Shown: positions 21,305 to 34,069 of the stretch, piece by piece | How the letters are laid out: each line of letters opens with the position of its first letter | Position numbering within the stretch: the first letter of the stretch is position 1 | From: Balanoglossus misakiensis | Taxonomy: Eukaryota; Animalia; Hemichordata | Direction of reading: 5' to 3' | Length of the DNA stretch: 64,000 nucleotides | Assembly (NCBI GenBank): GCA_040954595.2 | Contig: CM082576.2 | Span: 17,779,028-17,843,027, forward strand | Made by a program: the position numbers and the translations under genes | The notes under the pieces: model-generated | The model's input: only the letters and a program-made list of their open reading frames with translations | Told to the model about the DNA's origin: nothing | Database searches by the model: none

Positions 21305-24041
21305 AGATATACTCCAGATTGCAATGAAATAGCTTGAAAGAAAATTAGGGCCTGGACAGAATTAACAGGGGGGGGGGGGGCGCTGGTGCAAATGGGGGGG
21401 GGGGGAGGGTCACTATTTTTTGTGCAATGACATTTTGATAAAATATGACCAAAATGTTTTAACCCATACAAACTTTCAACTTTAAGGATTAAACATAACC
21501 ATAAATCGACAAAATTATATCTTTCAGCCACACAAAATACGTTTCCTAATTTGGGGAAACCATCAGTGGGCAAATCTACAATTTTTTGAGAATGTTTACT
21601 TATTTTCATTTTTCCAATGAAATGGCAATGTCAGAGAATACCAATTTTACACTGGGCTCTTTGTCTAATGGTAGGAACATATAAATATTATCATTTGAAA
21701 TGGTGTTCATGGTAACATAAGCAATCAGTAAGCTATATTTTGCTGCCACCATAACACTCTATTTATTTGGTAACAGATGGTTGGGCCAATTCTGTTTTGC
21801 ATCCACTCAAAATTCTGAAAGGTAGGCAGATATGATGTTAAGCATAACACATTTCAAGACACTTGATTTTTTGCTGTCAGAAACACGTACAAATACAAAG
21901 TAGTTAGCTTACAAGAATTGATGTATGCACCTGCGAAATAAACATACTATACTAATACAAAGTAGTCGACACTAAATAAATATATTTGGGTGAGGGCCGA
22001 CTTACATCAGGCTGGTAACTGTGACTGACTGTGACTGAGTGAAGTGACCCCGTCCCTCGGGAAAGGATGAGTGAAATGGGGGCAGGACTGTAGTCCTATG
22101 CCCATGCAAAGCCAGACTGAATGTAAGCCAAGGTGGAATGCCTGGTGGTGGTGGTGGTGGGTAGTGTCGACAGAACGATGAATGAATGAATGAATGAATA
22201 AATGAATGAAAGTGAAGTCTAACAGTCTTACAGATAACGAGAGAGACAGCTGTGAAAACATGATGACACATGATTGCGTTACAAATAAAAACTGCATAAA
22301 TGTGTACTTGAATACACACATTTATATGTATTTTTGTACCCACATGGTTTTGTTTGTATTGCCATCGCATGACATAATCACGTCAGATCTGCAGAATTGT
22401 ATTTCAGGTTTCAGCTATTAATAGACGATATACATGCATAATAAATACACATTTAGCCATTAAACTGTTTTCTATGTTTACTGTTTATTGTGAAAAAACT
22501 CTGCATCAAAAACAAGTAGCAGGCTTATACAGTCAAGAGAATCTGGCTTGGAGTATCCTTTGATAATCTTTCATATTATCAACTGAAGCCCTAAATAATA
22601 AAAAAATTCTACCAATTATCATCGAATTTGGTTAAAAGCCCAAGAGTTGCAACTTTTTGCACTTTGTCAACCCCAAAATATCTTCCAATTCTCACAGGTA
22701 TTCTTTGAATTCCATCCATTAAGCAATAAAGCCTTTATCTGTCTTCACTACAACTTTCATTAGCGATGTTTGCGTACTCTTGCATGTTAGATAATAAACG
22801 GGTGCAGCACCTGTTTATTATCTAACATGTTCAAATTTACACATACACTCCCAGTCAGTGGTGATAACACTTCTATGCACACCCATCAGTAAGGTCATCT
22901 ATATATGGACTAATCTTAGTCTGAAAGTAAAGTTATGAAAATAATGCAAAAAGTTGCAGCTACTGGGCCTTAAGTTATTCTTGAAATATTGCCTGATTCA
23001 TGGAAACATTAATTATGTCAGTTTTGTTATTAAACAAACTCAACACAATAATAAAAAGGTCCAAAAATGGGTAAGTTTGGCCCGTTGAACAGATCTTCAT
23101 ATAGTCTGAACAATATGTCAAACCACAGGAACTGATAGAGTTACTGATAGTTCTGTGGAAGGCCCTCGGCCAACATTGTTGTGCTACGCTCATGGCTTGG
23201 CAATGGGATTTGAGTTGGACATTAAAGGTTTGACGGAATTTACGATTGTTTCACTTTCTTTGTTCAGAAACAGGCACTGAATTTTGTTTGAGAGTTTCAA
23301 TCATATGTTTGTTTCTCAGTCCTTGGTCCTTTCTTTAACCTCTTTGCAATACAACAATACAACAGTTTAACAATGTTAATAACAATTAATTTAACTTGGG
23401 TAACACTAGATATCACAAAAATCCGGTAGGTACTTTTTGAAGAAATTGCAGACTGAAGTAAATAATAGAAAACTACAATACTATCACAGCATTTTAGATT
23501 ACCCATAAATCCCTCTGATTTGTATCCTTGGATATCCTTGTCGTTTTCTGTTCCTCACATTTGTAAATACAATGTATGTTCAATAAAAAGTAAACAAAAA
23601 AAAATAAAGTGGATTTAAAATCACGTTTCTCTGGTGCTATGAATACTGTACCTTTCAACGTCAGGAAATGACCAACTGAGGTTGTCAAAATTTTGTGGAG
23701 TATGTTTCCAAAATGTATGAAATCACTCCATGAGATTCTGTATGCTTAAGAAATTTGCCAAAGATTACCGGTAGAGAGTGATCCATGTATTGTGGATGCA
23801 CATCAGAACAAATTGTGGGATATCCCACTCACTGTGAACCCATTGATAGTTAAGTCTTATAGCTACAGTCTGGAAAATACTACCCCAGAAAACTGCATGC
23901 TACAGTACATCAATGTGAACGGAATATAACAACAGTACAATGACACTACATGGTTGTGGTAAAACGAAAAACAACAGCAATGAACATTTTAACCAAACAC
24001 CCTTATATTCTTAGTTCTTGTGAATTTGTCACTCTCTCTTA

Positions 24042-24285
24042 GGCCAAACGAAAAAAGGGATTTGTTTCTGGTCATCACGCACATCACTTAAAGCCCTGTG
24101 CATCATGTCTTTTTTTATTGAAAAAAATCTCTGCATGGTGGTATGCTCCAAATGCTCAAAGTTCACAAAAGTTCAGCCATTCCATTTTTCAATGGTCTCA
24201 AACAAAAGTGCTACAAAAAAATTCACATCATCGCATCATTTTTGCTGAATCTCAAAGACCAGAAACAAATTCTCTAATTTTGGCC
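24042..24285. mobile_element. Small Harbinger-like MITE
   Basis: TTA-GGCCAAA...TTTGGCC-TTA, with an inner inverted match ATTTGTTTCTGGTC / GACCAGAAACAAAT. Confidence 0.7.
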
Positions 24286-26630
24286 TTATATACCTTGTGT
24301 TATGTCAATATTCATCTACACATTTCCAAAGAATCTGTTTGAAAATGCCAAATCATACAAATTAAACATTTGTTCTGTTGGCAGTAACTGGTGAACAATA
24401 GTTGGTCTTGGTAACTGTAACTGGTTAATACATGTGTTTGAGGTTGGGAGATATGACAGGGTCATTTCAACAAATTCCAAGGAAGGTGTTATCCTGAAAC
24501 CAAGGACTGGTTCTTCTTCTGCACCCGTTATGAACTGAAGTATATCATTCAGAGTAATATTTCCTCTCCTGCCACCTGTTGGTAACATACAAATGGAAAA
24601 GTTAATACAGTTTACAAACCAAATAGCCTCAAATGATTTATACAGCTCCACTTTTATATTTGATATAATAAATGCAATAGAAAAGTAACTTGGTAAAATG
24701 GACATAAATATTCTCACAAATACAAAAATCACCGATTAGATGAAATTCAAGCAAGATATTTACTCAAAAAGCCTAAAATAATCAGAAAATATAGCTGCAG
24801 AGCAGTAACAACTGGGTTTCGAAACATCATGCGAGCCTCTAGTCTTATTGATTAGCCTAGAACTAGATATGTGCATAATTAATGAGTCAAATTGCTTGTT
24901 TAAGTGAAAGCCTCATTGAGGTGCCTTAAACCACCAAATACCAGACCTGTACCTGTTGTAGTTGCTGAGATACTTTAAAGTAGGTCAAAAGTCATCTAAA
25001 AATTTGGGAAATAAAAAAAGAGAATCCAACAAAAACCAAACCTCTAACCCTATTGGTTATCCTAGAATTAGGTATGCAAATAATCAGATGCATGGGTCAG
25101 GGGTCATCTGATATTTGGCACCATAGGTCATCCGTAAGGACCTGCACACCAAATATCGAAGTGATTGCACTTCCTGTTTTCAAGAGGTTTTAACTGTGAA
25201 AAGTTGATGGACGGTGGACAACGACAGACGCCAAAAGTCCACTACCCATTTCATCAGCTCCGAGTCTATAGCAGAGCTAAACAAACCATTTTGCCTAACA
25301 CATTGGATTTATGTTGGCACAGTGCTCTGTCATTGACAAGTGTGAAAATTATAAAACAAATTGACATTCACATCTTGTTCTTGTACCCTTGCTATAATTT
25401 GAAGAATTGAGTTCAAGCCTAGCTAAGTAATGGGTCTAGACATGTTCGAATTAATATAACAAAATATGTGACTAGTGGTCATACTGCATTAAATCACAAA
25501 CAAATAATGATGTATGTACATCTGGAGGTATTATCCTTCTGCCAAGTTTCAAATCAATAAGTTCAGACACATAAATTTGTGTCTGACTGAGATACTTACT
25601 GGAAACTTCACGCAAGTACTTCAGAAATAGTGCATAAACCTCTCCTTCAAATCGTCTACTGTTTGTACCAGTTTCACTGAAAACAGTGACCAAAAAGGCT
25701 TTCAACTTATTGATCACTTGATGTGTTGGGCTGAAACAAGTACTGCAATGTAGGTAATTCCACACATAACTGTAATTTAAACAGATAAGTATGCAGGTTA
25801 ACCTACAGTATTAAACTGATTGAATATTGTCATTTATCTCCATATCAAAGTAGACAACTGTTTTGATGGATCATGAAACATTGAAATGTAGTCACCTATA
25901 ACCCTTTCATCCACTTTTCCTGTATAGCGGTCCAAATTTGCCATAGAAAAGTTGTACCAAACCATTGTGGTAAAAGGGTTAAACATAACAGCAAGAGGTA
26001 TACACTTTCGCAATGAAAAAATAATTCAAGGTCTTTTTTATCATGCTACCTTAATCCTCCACATGACAATTCAACTCGGAGCCTATCTAATCAGAAATAA
26101 CAGATGTGTGTGACAGCATGCATGTGCTCACACTCAAATACACAAATACAATTTGACCTATCTTGAAAATATTGACATGCATCTGTATGGCATGAGGCAT
26201 TGTCTGTGTGCCAATATTATTAGTTTGATTGACATCTGCCCAGCCATGTCTAAGATGCCAGGATGGATGGACACACCAAGCCAGACCCATAAGTTTCCCA
26301 GGACTTACATGCAGATAATGGGGACTACTAAACAACTGAAGGCAATATTTACAGTTTCTCATGTCACTTACCTGATGAATTCCTAATGTACTCAAACCAT
26401 CTTTCAGCTTAGCAATACACGGTGTCAATACCTCATGTATGTTAAATAGGCTTGTCCGTACATCATCTTCAAAAAACTGTGCCAACTTTCCATTTTGAAG
26501 CATACTGAGTGCTGCAATATGAAAACACAGATAACTTGTATTATATTATAAAAATTTATAGTGTCATAATTTACTCAAAGAAAGTTTTATTACAAAAGAT
26601 ATACGTGTGATTTAAACATACGAATAATAT

Positions 26631-27533
26631 TTACATATAATCCCATGATATCTTTCTTTGTTTGACGTCATCGTATACGAGTGGTTTTCACGAGCAGTGC
26701 AACTTCGAGCCACAGGCGAGAAGTTGTACGCTTCCGCGAAAACCTCGAGTATACGATGACGTTAAACAAAGAAAGATATCATGGGATTATATATTTATCA
26801 CATGAACAGTCTTCTTATTTTTCGTTAGAAGAGGCAGGACTAAAAAAATTCAGTATATTGCAACAATTTTGGAGCGGTGTCGTAATTTACTGAGCGGGAT
26901 TATTTCCCCCAGGAGATATATGTTGGGAGATTTTATGAATGATCAGCGATAGTTCATCATTTGCATATACGCAAATGATGAACTATCGCTGATCATTCAT
27001 AAAATCTCCCAACAAGTCGTCCCGTTGAGTTCCGTTCGCTCGAAGTTCGGCCTTACACAAATGTAATCGATTCTCTAACAATTTTACTGCAACCTGTTGC
27101 CACGTCTTATACATTTCGTTGACCGGTGGAATATAGAGGTTCAGTCGTCACGCTGAACTGGCTCGAAACAATTGCCCACACTGATTCGATTCGGAACGTA
27201 CAGGACTTGCGCCTAGCCTAGGCTGTGTACGCCTGACCCAAAACTTTGACAGCCACGATCGTCTATGATCGTTGCATCGACTGTCTTCTTTCCAAATTCC
27301 ACCTTTCTGTTTTGAGCTTACAAAGCGATATTGTCATGGAACCGTCATTTTTTTAATTTCATTTCTGTAATGTAAATGCCGCTGCACGTACTGTTTCTGT
27401 TTGACAACAAAGCTACGGCGAATCGGTGGAAATAGTCCCGGTTGATGACGTAACACAGGGGTGATCTGGATTTTTTATCTGTCCTGGTCTACGTCACACA
27501 GGTGGTGATCAGGGGCCGGTTCATGTGATAAAA
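26631..27533 (-). mobile_element. Non-autonomous Crypton-like element in HECT intron 3
   Basis: Terminal hairpin ~26635-26792, followed by TTATCACATGAAC, whose complement GTTCATGTGATAA ends the element. Confidence 0.6.
26921..27014. repeat. Perfect hairpin, 44-bp arms and 6-nt loop
   Basis: TGTTGGGAGATTTTATGAATGATCAGCGATAGTTCATCATTTGC, then ATATAC, then the exact reverse complement. Confidence 0.9.
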
Positions 27534-27829
27534 CTTCGTTAAAAGAAAGAATCACTATTAATCTCTCTTAAAACATATCCTTTGTTATCTAATACATCTG
27601 CTTCACCATTGTTATGCACATGGTCATGGTTGCTAGGGAAATGTGTGTGATTTTAAAAAGAGTTATTGACTTATAAGAACCTATCTTCATCATCAGTTGC
27701 CAAAAACATTTTAGTTTTATTATTGGTACAGGGTGTGGTCATGCTTGCCAGGGCCAATTGCATCAGATCACCTTGATGTATCACTTGACTTTACATGTAA
27801 TACTAAACTACATGCTAAGTAAGTGCCAA

Positions 27830-28432
27830 TGCCACTTATGACCAGATGTGAACTGAATATGCTCACATTGTTTGTTAAAGACTGAAAATTTGCAACTTAG
27901 CAATGAAACCCGTCACTGTCTTTCAGTGCAACTAGTCTCTATTATACAGTCCTATTTTTATGAAATCAGTATCTCTAGCAAGTTTCATAAAATTTGGTGC
28001 AGTAACTCTGGATTTATAGTAATAATTGCAAAAATTCGTCAAATATGCAAACTAGCAGTTAATTAACGTGACAGTGCTGAATGTCTCGCAGTACAGTCAG
28101 ATCGCTGTCAGATCAATATCTGTAGCAAGTTTCATCAAATTACGTGAAGTAATATATGACTAATTAGAAGTTTGTTAAATATGCAAATAAGCAGATAGTG
28201 GACATGATACACAAAGTACCATCACAGCCTTGTGAATTAGGTATCTGTAGATGGTTTCATCAAATTTTGTGCAGTAATTATGTGAATATGACAATGCTGT
28301 CATTGTGCTCTCCACAGACAACCATTAGCAGCAAAAGTTTGATCTTTAACCGTTCTTGAAATATCGCGCCAACAGACAGACAGACAGACAGCGGTATGAC
28401 AATAGCTCACGTGGTGACCATGTGAGCTAAAA
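27830..28432 (+). mobile_element. Helentron-associated (HINE/DINE-1-like) non-autonomous repeat; 5' boundary approximate
   Basis: Degenerate tandem core (AAGTTTCATCAAAT), a (CAGA)n microsatellite, then a terminal stem-loop TAGCTCAC...GTGAGCTA followed by an A-run. Confidence 0.5.
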
Positions 28433-28913
28433 ATGAGTCTTGTACAAGTTAGGTAAACAAAACCTAATATGGCCACCAAGGTGCATTTAAGGCAGTCCTG
28501 GTGGTTTTGACAGATGGAATTCTTGGTTTGAAAGGGCTAATTGTTTCTTAGGTCACATCCTATAATTGATAAATAGAATCAACAACTCGTTACCTATGAT
28601 GACTCCAACAGTATAATAGTCTTCACTCATATGTTCTTTCAACTTGTTCGAGAAATACTTTTCGTTAATCTCTCTCAAGATTAATGAAAAAAACTCTTTT
28701 CTTGGTCCACCATAATCTTTTGCTTTCTACGGAAAAACATAAAGGAAACCATTAATTTAAAAACACAGATCGAAGTCTCCTACAAAAGTTCTGACTCAAA
28801 CAGCATAACAATAATTAAAGATTGAATAAACCTTAAATATAAAAAAATAAAGATTGAAAAAACCTTAAATATCACATCATGGATATTTTTATTCAATTTT
28901 CAGCAAACAGCAT

Positions 28914-29324
28914 TTCATATTGAACACCTATTGCCTGGCCACGAGGGCCATAGCGGCTGTTTATTACACCCGAGGGGCTGTGATATTTCCCGAGGCCGCA
29001 GGCCGAGGGAAATAGCATATGATTCTGGTAACTCACAGTCACGAGGGGGTAAAAACGGCTGCTATGGCCCGAATATAGGCCAGGCTATAGGTGTTTTATA
29101 ATAAACCTCATGCTAACAGCTGGGAAAATCTTGCAATTTTCTCTTGAGGTTGGCAGACGACACCTTCAGCGGTGGCCATTGTGTCAGACGACGCGACGTT
29201 GGTCATGTGACCGGTTTATATTTTTTCTGCTATTTCCCTAGCGGTTCATAGTCGATTCTATTTTCCTATCACGTGACAGATTCTGGCGAATCACGGCACA
29301 GTATTAGCACGAGGTATATTATAA
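28914..29324 (-). mobile_element. Non-autonomous Crypton-like element, copy 1 (HECT intron 2)
   Basis: Near-identical to 36929-37389 apart from two internal deletions; ends in TTAGCACGAGGTATATTATAA. Confidence 0.65.
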
Positions 29325-32270
29325 TTAGGGTTATTACAAGAAGTCTAGTTGATATTGTGCAGCAGCAAATAAGTGACATGACTATGTTTGATGACTGTGC
29401 TAGGTCAGATCATGAGAATATGTTGAGATACCAAACAAACTTTATGCAATCTGATATCATGGTTTTAGTTATGGCACTCAGTGAAAATATTCTGTATAGT
29501 GTTTGTGAATACAGGCTCATATTTACTGTCTTTGAATAATAGCACAGAAGCGATATAGATTTCCTGGTATGATAAATGTATATTGTTCAAATGTTTAACA
29601 ATTGTTGTAATACTGGAACATAGAGACTCATACAAACATTGGACTATCAAATAAAGATTTTCAACTTAATACATTGAAGCATGAAACAGTTTGCATGTAA
29701 ATTGCACCAACTCACTGATAACTAACATGCACTAAATCAGCAGTGGACACAAGGGACAGACAACTGATTTCAACACTTTGATTACATGTAACACTAACAC
29801 AACAAAGATGTACAGTAATTCAAATTAATTGTCTACTGATGATATCATTGTTGTCCTTAGTATTGTGGTACTACTAGTATTTGGATGCACACAGTATTGA
29901 TTGAAAAAGAAATTTACCTCTCCATAAAAATCCACTTCTAAAGTAGTACACAACTGTTTAACAGACAGAGTAGAAATTTCATCAAAACCTGTTTGAAGAG
30001 CCATCAGTCTGTCTATGCTGATAATTGTTGTGTCACCTTCTTCACAATGACTACTATCTGCAGAATCCAATGCTCTACCAATAATCAGCTTTGATTGGAA
30101 ATATCTAAGTATTTCAACTGGATTTGATATTGTATTTTCTTTGCAATATTCTACTGTCTGCCGAACTGCACGTCTCACAAGTACTTCTCCATCTTCCACT
30201 GTACTGGTATGATCTTCCAGAATTAAAGTATCTTCTTCACTATCACCTATTGGTACTACACCACCTGATAATTCATGACTCATACTGTTGGATGGAAGCT
30301 GCAAGTATTAAAAAAAACATTGTTGATGACACTGATTGCTCCATACACCAGTAATATCCATGAAGTACAATGTAATTTGTCAGAACTCCAACTAAGAAAA
30401 TTGAAGTCAATGCATCACCCTTAGACATAAAGTCCCAGTAACTGTAAATTTTGATGAATTTTTCCGCATTTTGTTCCATATTCCAACTACAGTCAGTGCC
30501 TTGCTCTCCTCCATACAGAATGTTGATATACCTGATATTAAATTTCTCAACACCGCCAGTATGTGTGTGATGTGCACTGTCTAGACAGGGCTGTGGGCAA
30601 ATCCACATCCTATTTCTGAGTTTCTAGGCTTAAAGACAGACAAACTGACTGGTCATACACACTGATATAGTGATAATATGGGTCCTCCTCTGTTGTGCCT
30701 CTGGCACATGGGCTAAAAGGTAAAACATGTAAATAGTAGATTCTTTGGGAGCCTTCAGTAATTATGAGCAGGGGGATAAGCTCTTTTCCAGTTGCCTTTA
30801 CCATTTTGAATTAATTACTTCCCTGCTGTAATTTGCAGGGTCAATGGCGTCAACAGGTAAATCTGGTATTTAAATTTATCTTTTGAACCCTTGATCTCAA
30901 TGAAAGACAAATTAAACAGAGGCCATACATGGGTTTTTGGAGACTCAAACTGCACATAGAGTTCCAACAAAAATAAAAAAACAGGGTAAGATTTTTAGCC
31001 ATTGCTACAAACAGGACTAATACTAGACTCAGTCATGCGATCAGCATCATATCATGTTCCAACAATCAATGAATTTGTCATCTTCAGTTGAAGGGGGGGG
31101 GGGGTCTCACATTTTAGAAAATGAGGTTTGGGAGGGCAACAGTTTACAGTTTGGACATACCCCAAATTCTCCCGGCCCACCCCTAAGTATGACTTAAGGT
31201 TCCCTTACCTCAGTTACGTCTTCCGTTGTCAAATCAACCATCCCTTGTTCTTGTGGAGAGCCTGTATCAAAGACAGGTGGCGGGTCGTCGTCATCGTCGC
31301 TTGAGGCTGAGTCAAAAGACGCACATATATCTAGGTGATCACGTAAGGCCTGAACAGGGAATTCCTGTTTACATCCATAGCATATCTCCTTCAGATCTGA
31401 AGTTTCAACACTTAAAACATGTCTTAAACTTAGATTCTTCTGAATGGGTCTCAAATAGACCTTCGATTGGGAACTCAATCTTCCTTTCAACTCCTTTATA
31501 GACCATTTGCAGTTAATCACTCTCAAAGTGCGTCGATTGCCTGTGCAGTGTAAAATTTCAAAACCCCCGCAATTTTTCAACTGGGGGAACCCATCTCCGT
31601 CGGCTGTTAGTTTTCGGACAACTTCCTGTTCATTATCGTCGTTACTAAACTGGATTTTTTTTACATCCAAGTCCAGCTTGGTATAAGACCTGTTTTTCTG
31701 CAGGAGTTGGTACCTTCTCAGCATTTCGATCCGCAAGACAAATGCAATTTATAGTATAGGAACCAATTTTCCTTCGTCTAGAAGATGAACTACCAAAGGG
31801 ATCGTTTGATCCTCGTTTCCGATTTCCTCGTCTGGATGTGTTAAACAAGAACGCACGTTCACGGTGTATTCGGTTTACACTGGCCCCACTGGAGAAATCA
31901 AATGCGGATGTCGACGCTTCGGCGTTCTCACCTTCAATAGTAGTAAATTCTTGACACAATCGTTTTAGACGGAGGCGGAGACCCATGGTGACAACTCCAA
32001 GTCGCATGAGTTGACCGTCACTCATAGAGGGTACGAGGGTAGGGTCTATTCTCTCCTCCTCGAATTTCGCTGCCAAGGTGCCTAGTGACAGTTGTTCCAA
32101 TATAGTATTCATGGCGCAAATACCAGCAATCGGACCAGCGAGGAAGACCCGCCACTAGTGGTTAGATAAAATACTAGAAAACTTAGAATGAATCTTTCTG
32201 GAATGTGTTTTTCGAGCGGGAACTGCGAACACGTTTGAGTCAATGTATTGCGCAGACTCCGGATTGCCGA

Positions 32271-34069
32271 ACAGCGCCCGCACAAATGCCTACAATAATG
32301 AAAATGCCTTGCATGATGTACAAATTGCCTATGACGATACGCCAGAAGACTACCACTGGAGCAGCGCCCTCACTAATGGGCCAAACATTGTCTACCACAA
32401 CGAAGTGAATGGCTATGACAAAACGGCGAAAGCATAAACATTGTAAAAATGCGTAAGATAATCTGACATTTGTCTAGATAGATCTACAAAACAACTAGCA
32501 CAAACTGGCAAAGGAATTAAAATTAATCATAGATGCCTTAAATAATAAGACAAATGCCTAACCAAGTTAACAAGATAACTTGCAAAAACTAAGAAAAGAG
32601 TGAAAGATTATAATATATGCCCAAAATAATGTAACAAATGTCTTAAATAATTTACTAAATTACCAGTGTCAACCTAACAAGAGTTTAACATTATGGCAAA
32701 TAGCTAGGATGGTACGCTAAATGCACATAATTCAACTGCAATGCCAAACAGGATATACCAAATAACTAACATAAAGTAATAAAAGACTACGCATTATGAA
32801 AAAATGCCAATAATTGCATACCAAATGCGTAATACAATACACAAAATGAATAACGTAATATGACAAATGCCTAACGTAATATGGTAAATAACTGGTATAA
32901 ACTAAGAAAAGGATTAAAAATAATAATGTTTGGCTAAAATGGTTAGACAAATGGCTAGGATGGTAAATTAAATGGCTTAAATAAAGTGACAAAATAGTTG
33001 ACAATATTACTATGAAATTCGAAATACCAGCAACAAACGGTAAACTAGCAACATCGTATTTCTTTGATTCCGCCGACACATTATCTCTAAAATTGTAACA
33101 ACGTCACAATTTAGTAGACAAAGAGGCGCCCCCCCCACCCCATCCCAATTGCGCAGTTGAAGTACGTGCGTGTTGAGAGAGACTAGTCTGGTTCCCTGCC
33201 CCAATCCCACCGATGGCTGCGCTACGCTAAAGGGAAAGGGGTCAGGTACGGCCCGATTGCATACCCAGAAACCTGGGAAGACCACGTGATCATAAACAAG
33301 ATGGATGCCTCCAATATCCGTACGCCAGTCAAGATTCATCCAGGCAGTTTATTTTGTTTCGTTTGTTGTAAAGTTGGAAATCGAATGATAAACATTCATG
33401 GAGGTGAAGGAGAGAACGGGAAATGAGTATCTTACAACAACTTAATGTTCGTATGTATTGACCAATGAGAGCCATGTTTACAATAGGCCGTGCCTGACCC
33501 TTTCCCTTTAGCGTAGCGCAGCCAGCAGTGTACTTCAACTGCGCAATTGGGATGGGGGGCGCCTCTTTGTCTACTAAATTGTGACGTTGTTACAATTTTA
33601 GAGATAACGTCTCGGCGGAATCAAAGAAATACGATGTTGCTAGTTTACCGTTTGTTGCTGGTATTTCGAATTTCATAGTAATAAATGCGCATAATTTAAC
33701 TGCAATGCCTAGCATGATATTCCAAATAACTAACATAAAGTAATAAAAGACTACGATTTATGTAAAATGCCAATAATTGCATACCAAATGCGTAATACAA
33801 TACACAAAATGTCTCCCGTAATATGACAAATGCCTAACGTAATATGGTAAATAACTAGTATAAACGGAGAAGAGGATTAGAAATCACAATGTTTGGCTAT
33901 AATAGTATGACAAATGGCTAGGATGGTAAACTAAATGGCTTGAATAAAGTGACAAAATAGTTGGCAATATTAACAAATGCACATAATTTAACTGCAATGC
34001 CTAGCATGTACTAAAAATGCTGAAGACAATATTTCCTGTAATCATATAAGACAGTTACGGCGTTCCATA
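32271..34069 (-). repeat. Right TIR of IS3EU no. 2 (~1.13 kb net)
   Basis: Reverse complement of the reconstructed left TIR, with one MITE insertion. Confidence 0.92.
33010..33678. mobile_element. TA-flanked MITE (Tc1/mariner-like) with ~155-bp TIRs
   Basis: TA-CTATGAAATTCG...CGAATTTCATAG-TA; the empty site is visible in the left TIR. Confidence 0.85.

Larger units (their letters stand above)
24316..32112 (-). pseudogene. Transposon-borne HECT E3 ubiquitin ligase (SAM-like, zinc finger, HECT), six exons, two frameshifts
   Basis: Exons 32112-31209, 30298-29918, 28726-28594, 26511-26372, 25769-25600 and 24575-24316, all with GT-AG introns in compatible phase. Motifs: LEVDFYGE/KAKDYGGPRKEFF, ILQFITGAEEEPVLGF, LPTSNTC (catalytic Cys) and terminal FFGNV*. 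Confidence 0.88.
12152..34069 (+). mobile_element. IS3EU-type DNA transposon no. 2, complete, 21.9 kb
   Basis: Ends are TATGGAACGCCG...CGGCGTTCCATA, with CATATG duplicated at 12146-12151 and 34070-34075. The homologous empty site in Harbinger A has a single CATATG (11942-11947). TAY..RTA ends and a 6-bp TSD are IS3EU hallmarks. Confidence 0.92.

Noticed and set aside
24316-32112. Host G2E3 gene
   Set aside because: No PHD/RING region is seen, and the gene lies wholly between TIRs convergent with a transposase. No gene symbol was assigned.
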